Part shown: piece after piece, positions 1-9,398 of the stretch | Position numbering within the stretch: the first letter of the stretch is position 1 | Layout: each line of letters starts with the position of its first letter | Assembly: GCA_035249605.1 (NCBI GenBank) | Contig: DATFGI010000059.1 | Coordinates: 136 to 64,135 of the forward strand | From: Acidimicrobiia bacterium | GTDB lineage: Bacteria > Actinomycetota > Acidimicrobiia > Spongiisociales > ZC4RG35 | Reading direction: 5' to 3' | Length of the DNA stretch: 64,000 nucleotides | Position numbers and translations under genes: made by a program | The notes under the pieces: generated by a model | The model's database searches: none | The model's input: only the letters and a program-made list of their open reading frames with translations | What the model was told of the DNA's origin: nothing

Positions 1-669
1 TTGGACATGAACACCCGCGACCGCACTCTTTACCGGCGGCGAACCGTCGGCTTCGTCTGGCAGCAGACGGCGCGCAATCTCCTTCCCTATCTGAACGCGG
101 TGGAGAACGTCGAGCTGCCGATGACCCTCGACGGTGGTTCGGGGCGTCACCGACGGTTTCGGGCCATGGAGCTGCTGGAGCGGGTGGGTCTCGCCGATCG
201 GGCCGGTCACCGCCCGGCGCAGCTCTCCGGTGGGGAGCAGCAGAGGGTGGCGATCGCGGTTGCGCTGGCGAACGAGCCCAAGGTCGTCTTTGCCGACGAG
301 CCAACCGGTGAGCTCGACACCCAGACCGCCGGGGAGATCTTCGAGGTGCTGCGTCGTGTCAACGAGGACGACGGGATGACCGTGGTGGTGGTCACCCACG
401 ACCCGCTGGTGGCCGAGCATGTCAACCGCACCGTGGCCATCCGCGATGGGAGAACGAGCAGCGAGGTGGTCCGGCGCAAGGAATTCGACGAGGTGGGTGG
501 GCACCGGTTGATCTCCGAGGAGTTCGCCGTGCTCGACCGGGTGGGCCGTCTCCAGCTGCCCCACGACTATGTGGAGGCTTTGGATTTGGAACGCCGGGTC
601 AGGCTCACCCTCGACTCCGACCACATCGAGGTCTGGCCCACCAGCAACGGGGAGCGCCACGATGAGTAA
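1..669 (+). CDS. ABC transporter ATP-binding protein (MacB/LolD-like), 5' end cut by the window edge
   Basis: The ORF contains the ABC signature [16 protein letters not shown], the Walker B motif VVFADEPTGELD and the H-loop VVVTHD. Walker A is missing because the gene starts upstream of the window. The stop TAA is at 667-669. Confidence 0.85.
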   Translation: MDMNTRDRTLYRRRTVGFVWQQTARNLLPYLNAVENVELPMTLDGGSGRHRRFRAMELLERVGLADRAGHRPAQLSGGEQQRVAIAVALANEPKVVFADEPTGELDTQTAGEIFEVLRRVNEDDGMTVVVVTHDPLVAEHVNRTVAIRDGRTSSEVVRRKEFDEVGGHRLISEEFAVLDRVGRLQLPHDYVEALDLERRVRLTLDSDHIEVWPTSNGERHDE

Positions 670-1360
670 GACGGCGGAGCGGACCCATCTCCTCGAAGCG
701 GCTGGCCTGGGCAAGATCTACACCACCGGGCCGACGGAGGTGACGGCGCTGCGCGATGTCGACCTTGCCGTGGAACCGGGGACGCTGGTCGTGGTGCGGG
801 GGAGATCCGGCAGTGGCAAGACCACATTGCTCAACCTGTTGGGAGGTCTCGACCAGCCCAGCACCGGTTCGGTACGTCTCGATGGCGACCTGGTCTCGGA
901 GATGGGCGAGCAAGCACTCTCCGAGATGCGACGCAGCCGGGTCGGGTTCATCTTCCAGGCATTCGGCCTGATCCCGATCCTCACCGCCGCCGAGAACGTC
1001 GAGGTACCGCTGCGACTGGTCAAGACCGACCCCTCGGCGCGGCGGGAACGCTCCCGGGTGCTCCTCGAGCTGGTGGGTCTGGGCGATCGTGCCCGTCACC
1101 GGCCATCCGAGCTCTCCGGCGGCGAGCAACAGCGGGTGGCGATCGCACGGGCCCTGGCCAACCGGCCCCGGCTGCTTCTCGCCGACGAGCCGACCGGTCA
1201 GCTCGACTCGGTCACCGGCAAGGGGATCATCGAGCTGCTTGCTGCCCTGGTTCACAGCGAGGGGATCGCCGCCATCGTGGCCACCCATGACCCGGCGCCC
1301 CTTGCCATCGCCGATCGGGTTGTGGTCTTGCAGGACGGCCGGCTCAGCGAGGGTCGCTGA
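662..1360 (+). CDS. ABC transporter ATP-binding protein (second tandem ATPase)
   Basis: ATG at 662 overlaps the stop of the upstream ATPase by 8 nt. It carries Walker [10 protein letters not shown], the Q-loop, the signature [16 protein letters not shown], Walker [13 protein letters not shown] and the H-loop ATHD. The ORF track over-extends the 5' end to 569. Confidence 0.85.
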   Translation: MSKTAERTHLLEAAGLGKIYTTGPTEVTALRDVDLAVEPGTLVVVRGRSGSGKTTLLNLLGGLDQPSTGSVRLDGDLVSEMGEQALSEMRRSRVGFIFQAFGLIPILTAAENVEVPLRLVKTDPSARRERSRVLLELVGLGDRARHRPSELSGGEQQRVAIARALANRPRLLLADEPTGQLDSVTGKGIIELLAALVHSEGIAAIVATHDPAPLAIADRVVVLQDGRLSEGR

Positions 1361-2126
1361 GCCCGAGTCGGTCGCTGAGGAATCGGGTTCGGTCTCCCCT
1401 TATGTCCTCGGCATCCATGGCGTGACCCGACTCGTAGCTCTCCATCTGTTTCGGCTCGGGCCCGGCCGAGAAGAGCTCGAGCCCGGTCATGGCAGCGATG
1501 TAGAAGTCGGTCTTGCCGAACTGGAAGAGCAGAGGGCAGCCGGCTCTGGTCACCGTGGTGACCGGGTCGACCGGCTCGAGGGCGCGCATGTAGTCGTAGC
1601 GGTCGGTCGTGATCGGCCAGAAGGGGAGGAACCAGTCCGCCCAGCGTGGTGTCGCCGCGATCAGGACCGCGGCGGCGAGCTCGACCTCTCCGAGGAGGTT
1701 CATCCCGTGCATCGCACCGAAGTCGTGCCCGACCAGGGCGATGCGGGAAGGGTCGACCCCGTGGGTGCCGGTAAGGGTGGCGTGTGTCTCCAAGAGCCAT
1801 CGCTTCTCAGCCTCGATACGGCCGAGGTCGGACTCGATGTCGGTCGGCGGCGAATGCCAGGGAAAGCCGAGTTGGGGCAGCACCGAGGTGACACCGAGAT
1901 CGGCCAGCGCCCCGGCCTCGTCGAGGAACTGGCCGCGGTTGGCGTTGGGCGACTCGTCGAACCAGTGCAGCCACATCACCGCTGCGCCGTTCGCTTTGGT
2001 GGGTCGCACCAGGTAGAGAGTGTTCTCACCGTCGGTGGTGATGTCCTCGACGGTCGGCCGGGTCACGACGCAGGTATAGCGGGTGTCGCGATGGGGGCCC
2101 TCATCGTTCTGTGAGTGTTTTTGCAC
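1344..2126 (-). CDS. alpha/beta hydrolase (dienelactone-hydrolase-like)
   Basis: 260-aa ORF with high GC3 and a nucleophile-elbow-like motif VGHDFGA in an alpha/beta-hydrolase context. Its 3' end overlaps the ABC gene convergently by 17 nt. The start is uncertain because its first codons lie inside the 21-bp inverted repeat. Confidence 0.6.
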   Translation of the reverse strand: MQKHSQNDEGPHRDTRYTCVVTRPTVEDITTDGENTLYLVRPTKANGAAVMWLHWFDESPNANRGQFLDEAGALADLGVTSVLPQLGFPWHSPPTDIESDLGRIEAEKRWLLETHATLTGTHGVDPSRIALVGHDFGAMHGMNLLGEVELAAAVLIAATPRWADWFLPFWPITTDRYDYMRALEPVDPVTTVTRAGCPLLFQFGKTDFYIAAMTGLELFSAGPEPKQMESYESGHAMDAEDIRGDRTRFLSDRLGLSDPR

Positions 2127-2153
2127 CCGGGAGGTGCAAAAACACTCACAGAA
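2107..2153. terminator. perfect 21-bp inverted repeat with 5-nt loop; candidate bidirectional terminator or operator
   Basis: TTCTGTGAGTGTTTTTGCACC cggga GGTGCAAAAACACTCACAGAA, with an exact reverse-complement match. It is AT-richer than its surroundings and lies 10 nt downstream of the TPP-enzyme stop, overlapping the hydrolase start. Confidence 0.45.
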
Positions 2154-2163
2154 CAGGGTTTCT

Positions 2164-3792
2164 CTAGTGGCCGAAGGCCTCCTCCAGCCACCATGAGGCC
2201 TGGCTGGTCACCTTGGCGTCGATGAGCAGCGGTTTGGAGCGATCACCGTTCACCCAGTCGGCGACCGGGGCCAGATCCGACTGTTTGCGGACGGTGAGCG
2301 CCTCGAAGCCGAAACCACGGGCGATGGCAGCGATGTCGGTGGGTGGGAACTCGACGATGTCCAGATCGTGGCCGTCGGGGCCGAAATGATGCACTTCGGC
2401 GCCGTAGGCATCGTCGTTGTACACCACCACAACCATGGGGAGGGCGAGGCGGACCACGGTCTCCATCTCGGCGATCGACATCAGCCCGCCGCCGTCACCG
2501 AGCGCGGCCACCGGGAGCCGATCGGGTCGGGCCAGGGCCGCGCCGATCCCCGTCGCCAGACCGAGCCCGATCGACTGAAAGGCCTGGGTGAAACAGAAAC
2601 CCCACTCGTCGGGAACTGACAGGTACATGCTGGGATACCCCATGAAGTTGCCCGAGTCGATGCTCACGATCCGCTCGTCGGGCAGCAGCTCGTCGAGGGC
2701 GATCGACAGGGTGCGGGCATCGATCCGGTCGTTCGTGCTGTTGTCCTCGTACGGGACGTCCCGCCAGCGAAGCTCGGTTGCGATCCGGTTGCGGATCTCC
2801 TCGGACCGATAGCCGTTCGCCGCTTCCCCGATCCGGTCACGGGCCGCCTCGGCGGTGAGACGGACATCGCCGACGACACCGATCGCCCCCGGGCGGTGGG
2901 CGCCGATGGCGTCGGGGTCGTCGTCCACCTGGATCACGACGGTGCCTTCCGAGATCAGCTTGCCGTGTCGCATTGTCCACATGTTGAGGGCGCATCCCCA
3001 GCCGACGATGAGGTCGGCTCCCTTGATCAACTCGGCTGCCATCGGCGAGGCAAACCCGCCGGAGACGTCGAGTGACCATTCGTTCCCGTTGAACAGGCCC
3101 TTGGCCACCGCCGAGGTGGCGAGCAGCGCCCCGCTCGCTTCGGCCAGGGCTTCCAGCGCCTTGCGGCATCCCTCGCCACGGGAGCCGCGGCCGGCGACGA
3201 AGACCGGGCGCTCCGCCTTCTCCAGGGCGTCGACCAGCACCGCCACATCGTCATCGGAGGGCACCACCGGCTCAGGCTCGGTGGGGGCGGAGACCTCGAT
3301 CGGGCCCTCCACCTCCTCGCCTTGAATGTCGAGAGGCAGGTTGAGGATGACGGTCCGCCGCTGGTTGCGCGCGGTCTCCACCGCGGCCATCGTCTCCGTC
3401 ACCGCGGTCGCCGCCGACGTCACCTGCATCGGTATCGCACCAACCGACCGGGCCAGCATCTCCTGGTCGACGTAGAAGTTGGAGCGCACCAGGGTTGCCT
3501 GTGCCGCCACCACCACCATCGGGGTGCGACTCTTCGCCGCCTCGGTGATGCCGGTCATGGCGTTGGTCAGCCCGCACCCCTGGTGGACGGTGAGCACCGC
3601 CACCTCGCCGCTCATCCGCCCGTAGGCGTCGGTCATCGTCGCCCCTCCGCCCTCGTGGCGGGCGGCGACGAAGTCGGCGCCGGCCTCGATCATGGCGTTG
3701 GTGACGTGGAAGTTGCCCGAGCCGACCACGCCGAAGACCTGACGCACCCCGGACGAGACGAGGGTGCGGCCCACCGCCTCGGAGACGTTCAT
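2164..3792 (-). CDS. thiamine-pyrophosphate-dependent enzyme (acetolactate synthase / benzoylformate decarboxylase family)
   Basis: About 542 aa with an N-terminal TPP pyrimidine-binding domain (VFGVVGSGNF...HEGGGATMTDAYGRMSG) and the C-terminal TPP motif GDGGGLMSIAEMETV...YNDDAYG. The start ATG at 3792-3790 overlaps the upstream cyclase stop as TGATG. The ORF track over-extends the start to 4152. Confidence 0.8.
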   Translation of the reverse strand: MNVSEAVGRTLVSSGVRQVFGVVGSGNFHVTNAMIEAGADFVAARHEGGGATMTDAYGRMSGEVAVLTVHQGCGLTNAMTGITEAAKSRTPMVVVAAQATLVRSNFYVDQEMLARSVGAIPMQVTSAATAVTETMAAVETARNQRRTVILNLPLDIQGEEVEGPIEVSAPTEPEPVVPSDDDVAVLVDALEKAERPVFVAGRGSRGEGCRKALEALAEASGALLATSAVAKGLFNGNEWSLDVSGGFASPMAAELIKGADLIVGWGCALNMWTMRHGKLISEGTVVIQVDDDPDAIGAHRPGAIGVVGDVRLTAEAARDRIGEAANGYRSEEIRNRIATELRWRDVPYEDNSTNDRIDARTLSIALDELLPDERIVSIDSGNFMGYPSMYLSVPDEWGFCFTQAFQSIGLGLATGIGAALARPDRLPVAALGDGGGLMSIAEMETVVRLALPMVVVVYNDDAYGAEVHHFGPDGHDLDIVEFPPTDIAAIARGFGFEALTVRKQSDLAPVADWVNGDRSKPLLIDAKVTSQASWWLEEAFGH

Positions 3793-4562
3793 CAGCGTTC
3801 GACGAGTGCGATCACCCGCACCGGGGAGCCGGAGCCGGTGACGATCTTGAGCGGAGCCGCGAACACCACCGAACCGGTGGGGGGCAGCTTGTCCAGATTC
3901 TGCAGCTGGGCGAGCCCGTACTTGCCGGCGCCGAGGAAGAATGAGTGGCAGGGGAACGGTGGGTCGAAGGAGTGGGCGGCACCGGCATCGGTGCCGATGG
4001 TCTCCACCCCGATTCCCTGCAGCGGCGATTTCTCCGCCACCCAACGGGCGCACTCCACCGCCATCCCCGGGCTGGTGGGCCCGGTCTCGGTATTGTTGAC
4101 CATCTCCTCTTGGGTGGTCCGGGCGGACCACCCGGTGCGGCACAGCAGCCACCCACCCTTGGGAAACTCCCCGTGCTCGGCTTGGAAGTCGTCGAGATGT
4201 TCCTTCTCGATCAGGAAGTTGGGGTCGTCGGCGACCCGATCGGCCACGTCGATCACCACCGCCGGAGCCACGAAGGCGGACAGGGGGATGGTGGAGACAT
4301 CCGGTTTGTCCTTACCCGAAGCCCAGTGGATCGGGGCGTCGAAATGGGTTCCGGTGTGCTCACCGGTGTGGAAGTTGTTCCAGTACCAGGCAGGGCCCCG
4401 TTCGTCGTACTTGGAGATCTCCTCGAGCTCGAAGCGTGCGGTCTGGCCGAACTCGGGGGGCAGCTCCAGGAGTGGGGTGTCGCTGCTCAGGGGTGCGGTG
4501 AGATCGATCAGATCCACCGATCCCGAGGACAGTGCCTCGGTCAGACTGGCGAGTGCGGTCAT
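3792..4562 (-). CDS. cyclase-family protein (kynurenine formamidase KynB-like, PF04199-type)
   Basis: Contains HTGTHFDAPIHW, the hallmark of the putative cyclase / arylformamidase family, and a downstream LLCRTGW motif. A strong SD (GGGAGGAATGA) precedes the ATG at 4562. Confidence 0.75.
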   Translation of the reverse strand: MTALASLTEALSSGSVDLIDLTAPLSSDTPLLELPPEFGQTARFELEEISKYDERGPAWYWNNFHTGEHTGTHFDAPIHWASGKDKPDVSTIPLSAFVAPAVVIDVADRVADDPNFLIEKEHLDDFQAEHGEFPKGGWLLCRTGWSARTTQEEMVNNTETGPTSPGMAVECARWVAEKSPLQGIGVETIGTDAGAAHSFDPPFPCHSFFLGAGKYGLAQLQNLDKLPPTGSVVFAAPLKIVTGSGSPVRVIALVER

Positions 4563-4604
4563 TTCATTCCTCCCTGTTGGGTCTGGATCTGTGTCTGGAG
4601 CGGG

Positions 4605-6248
4605 TCACTCGGTGTCCGACTCCGCCTGCTCCCGGAGCCGGTAGCGCTGGACCTTCCCCGTCTGGGTCTTGGGAAGGGCGTCGACGAACTCGATTTGCCG
4701 CGGGTACTTGTAGGGGGCGATGTCGTCCTTGACGAAGGTCTGCAGCTCGAGCGCCAGGTCGGGACCGGGCTGGACCTCGGAGCGAAGCACCACGTAGGCC
4801 TTGACCAGCTGGGTCCGCATTTCGTCGGAGACCCCGATCACGGCGCACTCCTCAACGGCCTGGTGACGGAGCAGCGACGCCTCCACCTCGGGCCCGGCGA
4901 TGTTGTAACCCGAGGAGATGATCATGTCGTCGGCCCGCGCCTGGAACCAGAAGTAGCCGTCCTCGTCGCGGATGTAGGCGTCACCGGTGAGATTCCAGCC
5001 CTTCTTCACGTACTCGGTCTGCCGCTCGTCGTCCAGATAGCGGCACCCGGTGGGCGCCTGCACGGCGAGCAGCCCGACCTCGCCGTCGGGCACCGGCTGG
5101 GTGTCACCATCGACCACCTGCGCGGTGACCCCGGCGAGAGGGAGCCCGGTGGACCCGGGGCGGATGTCGTCGCCGGAGGCCGAGATGAAGATGTGGAGCA
5201 TCTCGGTGGAGCCGATCCCGTCGATCAGCTCGACGCCCGTGCCCTCCTTGAACTGCTCCCAGGTCGGCTTGGGGAGGGTCTCCCCCGCCGAGACCCCGGC
5301 ACGGAGTGACGAGATGTCGTACTCGGCCATGGCCGCCAGCATGCCGCGATAGGCGGTGGGGGCGGTGAAGCAGATGGTCGGCTTGTGCTCGGAGATGGCC
5401 TGGAGAAAGTCGGGCCCGGGCCGTTCGGTGAGCAGCGTCGAGGCACCCACCTGCATCGGGAACATCACCAGCCCGCCGAGCCCGAACGTGAATGCGAGGG
5501 GCGGGCTGCCGCAGAAGATGTCGTCGGCACGAGGCGCCAGCACCGGGTTGAACATGTCGGCGATTGCGATGACGTCACGGTGGAAGTGCATGGCGCACTT
5601 GGGCTCACCGGTGGTCCCCGAGGTGAAGGCGAGCATGGCGACGTCATCGGCGGCGGTGTCCACCGGTGTGAATCCGCCCGACTTGGACCGCGCCCTGACC
5701 AGGAGGTCGTCAGCGCCGCCGTTGCCCCATGGCACAACCATCAAGTCCGAGGCGACTTTCCCCATCTCCTCCATCAGACGGTGATCGCATAGGGCCAGAC
5801 CGATCTCTGCCTTGGCGATGGTGGTGTCGAGCTCATGGGCTCGGAGCAGGGGCATCGTGGTCACCACCACTCCCCCGGCCCGGACCACCCCGAACCAGGC
5901 GGCGACCGACCAGGGATGGTTGAAACAACGGAGCAGCACCCGGTTTCCGGGCTGGAGACCAAGGTCGTCGACGAGGACTTCCGCGATCCGGTTGGACCAG
6001 TCCAGCAGCTCGCCGTAACTGAGGCGGACCGATCCGTCGGCAGCGATCATGCACGGGCGGTCGCCCCAGCCGCGCTCGACGCCGTCGTCGAGGAGCACCA
6101 CACCGGAGTTCATCTGCCCTGGATAGGCGAAGGCTGGGTCGTCCCAGTGCATGACGGGCCATTGCTCCACCGGGGGCAGGCCTTCCCGGCAGAAAGGGTC
6201 GACATGGGCACTCTGGCCGGTGGGACCTGGTATCAGCCGCGTCGTCAA
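4605..6248 (-). CDS. AMP-dependent synthetase/ligase (aryl-/benzoate-CoA ligase-like)
   Basis: 547 aa with the AMP-binding motif LAFTSGTTGEPK, the core TGD motif and C-terminal TGKVQR of adenylate-forming enzymes. Confidence 0.8.
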   Translation of the reverse strand: MTTRLIPGPTGQSAHVDPFCREGLPPVEQWPVMHWDDPAFAYPGQMNSGVVLLDDGVERGWGDRPCMIAADGSVRLSYGELLDWSNRIAEVLVDDLGLQPGNRVLLRCFNHPWSVAAWFGVVRAGGVVVTTMPLLRAHELDTTIAKAEIGLALCDHRLMEEMGKVASDLMVVPWGNGGADDLLVRARSKSGGFTPVDTAADDVAMLAFTSGTTGEPKCAMHFHRDVIAIADMFNPVLAPRADDIFCGSPPLAFTFGLGGLVMFPMQVGASTLLTERPGPDFLQAISEHKPTICFTAPTAYRGMLAAMAEYDISSLRAGVSAGETLPKPTWEQFKEGTGVELIDGIGSTEMLHIFISASGDDIRPGSTGLPLAGVTAQVVDGDTQPVPDGEVGLLAVQAPTGCRYLDDERQTEYVKKGWNLTGDAYIRDEDGYFWFQARADDMIISSGYNIAGPEVEASLLRHQAVEECAVIGVSDEMRTQLVKAYVVLRSEVQPGPDLALELQTFVKDDIAPYKYPRQIEFVDALPKTQTGKVQRYRLREQAESDTE

Positions 6249-6455
6249 ATTCTTCCTTTCGTGTCCGGGACGGGGCTTCTCACGCTAGTGCAACACCCCG
6301 GCCACGTGTCCGGGAGGAGGCCGGTGCCACGGGGCCCGCGGGACAGCGGTCCCTCTCGTAGATGAGCCGATTCGAGCCGGATATGGCTCCCACAACCCGG
6401 GGTTGGCGATGGGGGGGCGGCCTCTATGGTGATGACCCCATCTGGAGGGTGAGCT

Positions 6456-7445
6456 TTGGAGCATCGGAATTTGGGTCGGACCGGTCTTCGGATCTCCGGA
6501 TTCGGCATGGGTTGTGGCAACTTCGGGGGGATCGGGAGCGCCCCGGCTTTCTTCGGCCAGGGAGAGACCGAGGAGGAGGCATTCGCCCTCCTCGACCGGG
6601 CCGTCGATCTGGGAATCAACTATCTGGACACCGCCAACGCATACGGGGGCGGGCGTAGCGAGGCCACCATCGGAAAGTGGCTGGCGACCAAGGACGGCAC
6701 GATCCGGGACAACCTCCTGATCAGCTCCAAGGTGGCCAACCCGGTGGGCCCGGGGCCGAACCAGCGCGGGTTGTCCCGACGGCACATCCTCGACCAGATA
6801 GACGCCAGCCTGACCCGTCTCGGCGTCGACCACCTCGACATGTACCTGGTCCACGAGCCCGACCCTCACACCCCGCTCGAGGAGACACTCGACGTCCTCG
6901 ACTCCCTGGTGGTGGCCGGCAAGGTGCGATACATCGGGACCTCCAACTTCCCCGCCTGGCTCCTCGTCAAGTCGCTTTGGATCAGCGACGTCGCCGGTGG
7001 CCACCGCTTCGAGTGGGTGCAGAACTCGTTCAACCTCATCGACCATGCGGATCAGGCCGAGGTGCTCGAGGTCTGTCGCGACCAGGGTCTGGGCTTCACC
7101 AACTTCAGCCCGCTGTCTGGCGGCCTGCTCACCGGCAAGTACCGCCTGGAGAGCGACTATCCCGCGGGCTCGAGGATGTCGATGCGACCCGAGCCCTATC
7201 TGCGACACTGGAACGAGACCACATTCGCCCGTCTCGACAGGCTCGCCGTCGCCGCCTCCGCCGCCGGGGTGAGCATGGCCGGGCTGGCGCTGGGATGGCT
7301 GTACCACCACCCCGACGTGACCTCCTCGATCGTCGGCCCGCGGCGGCGATCCCACTTCGATCCGGTTGAGGAGGCATTGGGACTGAGCCTCTCCGAGACG
7401 GAGTGGGCCGATATCGGCGCCATGTTCACCGGGGAGGACGGCTGA
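6456..7445 (+). CDS. aldo/keto reductase
   Basis: TTG start with GGAGGG 9 nt upstream. The N-terminus NLGRTGLRISGFGMG and the run LDRAVDLGINYLDTANAYGGGRSE are typical of the AKR family. Length 329 aa. Confidence 0.8.
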   Translation: MEHRNLGRTGLRISGFGMGCGNFGGIGSAPAFFGQGETEEEAFALLDRAVDLGINYLDTANAYGGGRSEATIGKWLATKDGTIRDNLLISSKVANPVGPGPNQRGLSRRHILDQIDASLTRLGVDHLDMYLVHEPDPHTPLEETLDVLDSLVVAGKVRYIGTSNFPAWLLVKSLWISDVAGGHRFEWVQNSFNLIDHADQAEVLEVCRDQGLGFTNFSPLSGGLLTGKYRLESDYPAGSRMSMRPEPYLRHWNETTFARLDRLAVAASAAGVSMAGLALGWLYHHPDVTSSIVGPRRRSHFDPVEEALGLSLSETEWADIGAMFTGEDG

Positions 7446-8437
7446 TGGAGACCCTGTTCATCAGCCAGGAGGAGGTCCCCGAGCTGCTGCCCATGGCCGA
7501 CTGCATCGAAGCGGTCCGCCAGGCTCTCGCCGACCTGGCCCGGGGCGGGGCCATCCTTCCGCTCCGCCCGGTGATGTGGCTCCCGGATCGGGTCGGCGCC
7601 CTGGGGATGATGCCCGGACATCTGGGGTCGATCGACACCATGGGGATCAAGACCGTCACCGTCTTCCCGGGCAACGCCGGGACCGAGTACGACTCCCATC
7701 AGGGGACGGTGATGCTCTTCGACGCGAGCAACGGCCGGCTCAAGGCCGTCATCGACGCGACCGAGATCACCGCGACCCGCACCGCCGCCGCGTCGGCGGT
7801 GGCAACAGATCTGCTCGCCCGGAAGGAGTCCTCGGTGCTGGCCATCTTGGGCGCAGGGGTGCAGGGCCGCAGCCACCTGGAGGCGATCCCGCTGGTGCGG
7901 CCGATCACCGAGATCAGGGTGTGGAGCCGGAGCCCGGACAGCGCCACCCGTCTCGCCGGAGCCGGTGGCGGGGCCACCATCAGTGTTGCGGGCTCGGTCG
8001 CCGAAGCGGTGGCCGGCGCCGACATCGTCTGCACGACGACCGCCTCGCCCGAGCCCATCCTTCCCGGAACCCTCCTCGAGCCGGGCATGCATGTCAACGC
8101 GGTCGGCTCCAGCGTCCCCTTCGCCCGGGAGCTGGACACCGAGGCTATGGCACGCTCCCGGATCTTCGTCGACCGCGAGGAGTCGACGATCAACGAGTCG
8201 GGCGACTTCCTGTTCGCCAAGGCCGACGGTGCCATCGACGAGGACGACATCGTCGCCGAGATCGGCGAAGTGGTGGTGGGGGCACATCCCGGACGCGGGT
8301 CGGCCGACGAGATCACCACCTTCGTCTCATTGGGCCTGGCGATCGAGGACATAGCCGCCGGCGATCTCGTCTACCGCAACGCCCTCGCATCGGGCAGGGG
8401 CGTCGGCATCGAGTTCGGCGGCGCCCGTCATGGATGA
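7445..8437 (+). CDS. ornithine cyclodeaminase / mu-crystallin family NAD(P)-dependent enzyme
   Basis: ATG at 7445 overlaps the AKR stop as TGATG. It has a Rossmann motif AILGAGVQG and overall OCD/mu-crystallin architecture. The ORF track begins upstream at 7403. Confidence 0.7.
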   Translation: METLFISQEEVPELLPMADCIEAVRQALADLARGGAILPLRPVMWLPDRVGALGMMPGHLGSIDTMGIKTVTVFPGNAGTEYDSHQGTVMLFDASNGRLKAVIDATEITATRTAAASAVATDLLARKESSVLAILGAGVQGRSHLEAIPLVRPITEIRVWSRSPDSATRLAGAGGGATISVAGSVAEAVAGADIVCTTTASPEPILPGTLLEPGMHVNAVGSSVPFARELDTEAMARSRIFVDREESTINESGDFLFAKADGAIDEDDIVAEIGEVVVGAHPGRGSADEITTFVSLGLAIEDIAAGDLVYRNALASGRGVGIEFGGARHG

Positions 8438-9380
8438 GCCGATCCCACTCGCTGACATCGAAGGGGCGGCGGAGAGGCTGAAGGGCCTCGCCGTGCGGAC
8501 CCCGCTGGTCCGGATGAACATGGACACGGGGCCCATCGAGATCCATCTGAAGCTGGAGAACCTCCAGCCGATCGGGGCGTTCAAGATCAGAGGGGCGGGC
8601 AACGCGATGGCCCTCGCCGGGGAGGAGGCGCTCCGGGCCGGTGTGTGGACCGCGAGTGCGGGGAACATGGCTCAGGGCGTGGCGTGGAACGCCGCCCGGA
8701 TGGGAATCCCATGCTCGGTGGTGGTGCCCGACCACGCCCCCGAGGCCAAGCTCGACGCTCTCGACCGGCTCGGCGCCACCATCGTCAAAGTGCCCTTCCA
8801 GGAGTGGTGGCAGATCATCGTCACCCATGAGCGCGAGGGCCAGAGGGGAGTGTTCGTCCATCCGGTCAGCGACCATGCGGTGATGGCAGGGAATGGCACG
8901 ATCGGGCTGGAGCTGGTGGAGGACCTGCCCGATCTCGATGCGGTGGTCGTGCCCTACGGGGGCGGCGGGCTCAGCTCGGGCATCGCCTCGGCATTGCGTC
9001 ACCTCAAGCCGGACGTCCCGGTCTATGGCGCCGAGGTGGAGACCTCGGCGGCGCTTCACGCCGCTTTCGCCGCCGGCGAGCCCACCGACATCGAGTACAT
9101 CCCCTCCTTCGTCGACGGGATCGGATCGAGCCGGGTCCTCGACGAGATGTGGCCGATGGTCGAAGAGCTGTTGGCCGGTTCGCTGGTGTCGAGCCTCGAC
9201 GAGGTCGAGACGGCGATAAGGGACCTCGCTCTGCGCAACCACGTGGTCGCCGAGGGTGCCGGAGCCGCCGGTGTCGCCGCTGCGATCAAGGGCGGCGCCG
9301 GCGAGGGAAAGGTGGTGTGCATCGTCTCCGGCGGCAATATCAACGCGGCCAAGCTCGCCGAGATCCTGTCCGTCGGGTAA
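8430..9380 (+). CDS. PLP-dependent fold-type II enzyme (threonine/serine dehydratase-like)
   Basis: The PLP-lysine motif GAFKIRGA resembles SFKLRGA of threonine dehydratases, and a glycine-rich loop VVPYGGGGLSSG is present. It overlaps the upstream gene by 8 nt (ATGGATGA). Confidence 0.7.
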   Translation: MDEPIPLADIEGAAERLKGLAVRTPLVRMNMDTGPIEIHLKLENLQPIGAFKIRGAGNAMALAGEEALRAGVWTASAGNMAQGVAWNAARMGIPCSVVVPDHAPEAKLDALDRLGATIVKVPFQEWWQIIVTHEREGQRGVFVHPVSDHAVMAGNGTIGLELVEDLPDLDAVVVPYGGGGLSSGIASALRHLKPDVPVYGAEVETSAALHAAFAAGEPTDIEYIPSFVDGIGSSRVLDEMWPMVEELLAGSLVSSLDEVETAIRDLALRNHVVAEGAGAAGVAAAIKGGAGEGKVVCIVSGGNINAAKLAEILSVG

Positions 9381-9398
9381 AGCGCCGCCACTACGGCC

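Noticed and set aside
605-1288. Long antisense or alternative-frame ORFs that overlap clear genes across the window. Examples: 605-1288(-), 3322-4644(+), 3945-5309(+), 6285-7355(-), 7196-8287(-), 8313-9242(-), 10040-11176(-), 23267-25129(+), 23871-25343(-), 33995-35296(+), 35426-36475(+), 41661-42476(+), 45439-46902(-), 51196-52092(+), 58333-59493(+).
   Set aside because: High GC produces long stop-free frames. These are Arg/Pro/Gly-rich, lack any recognisable domain, and each overlaps a gene with clear family motifs on the other strand or frame.
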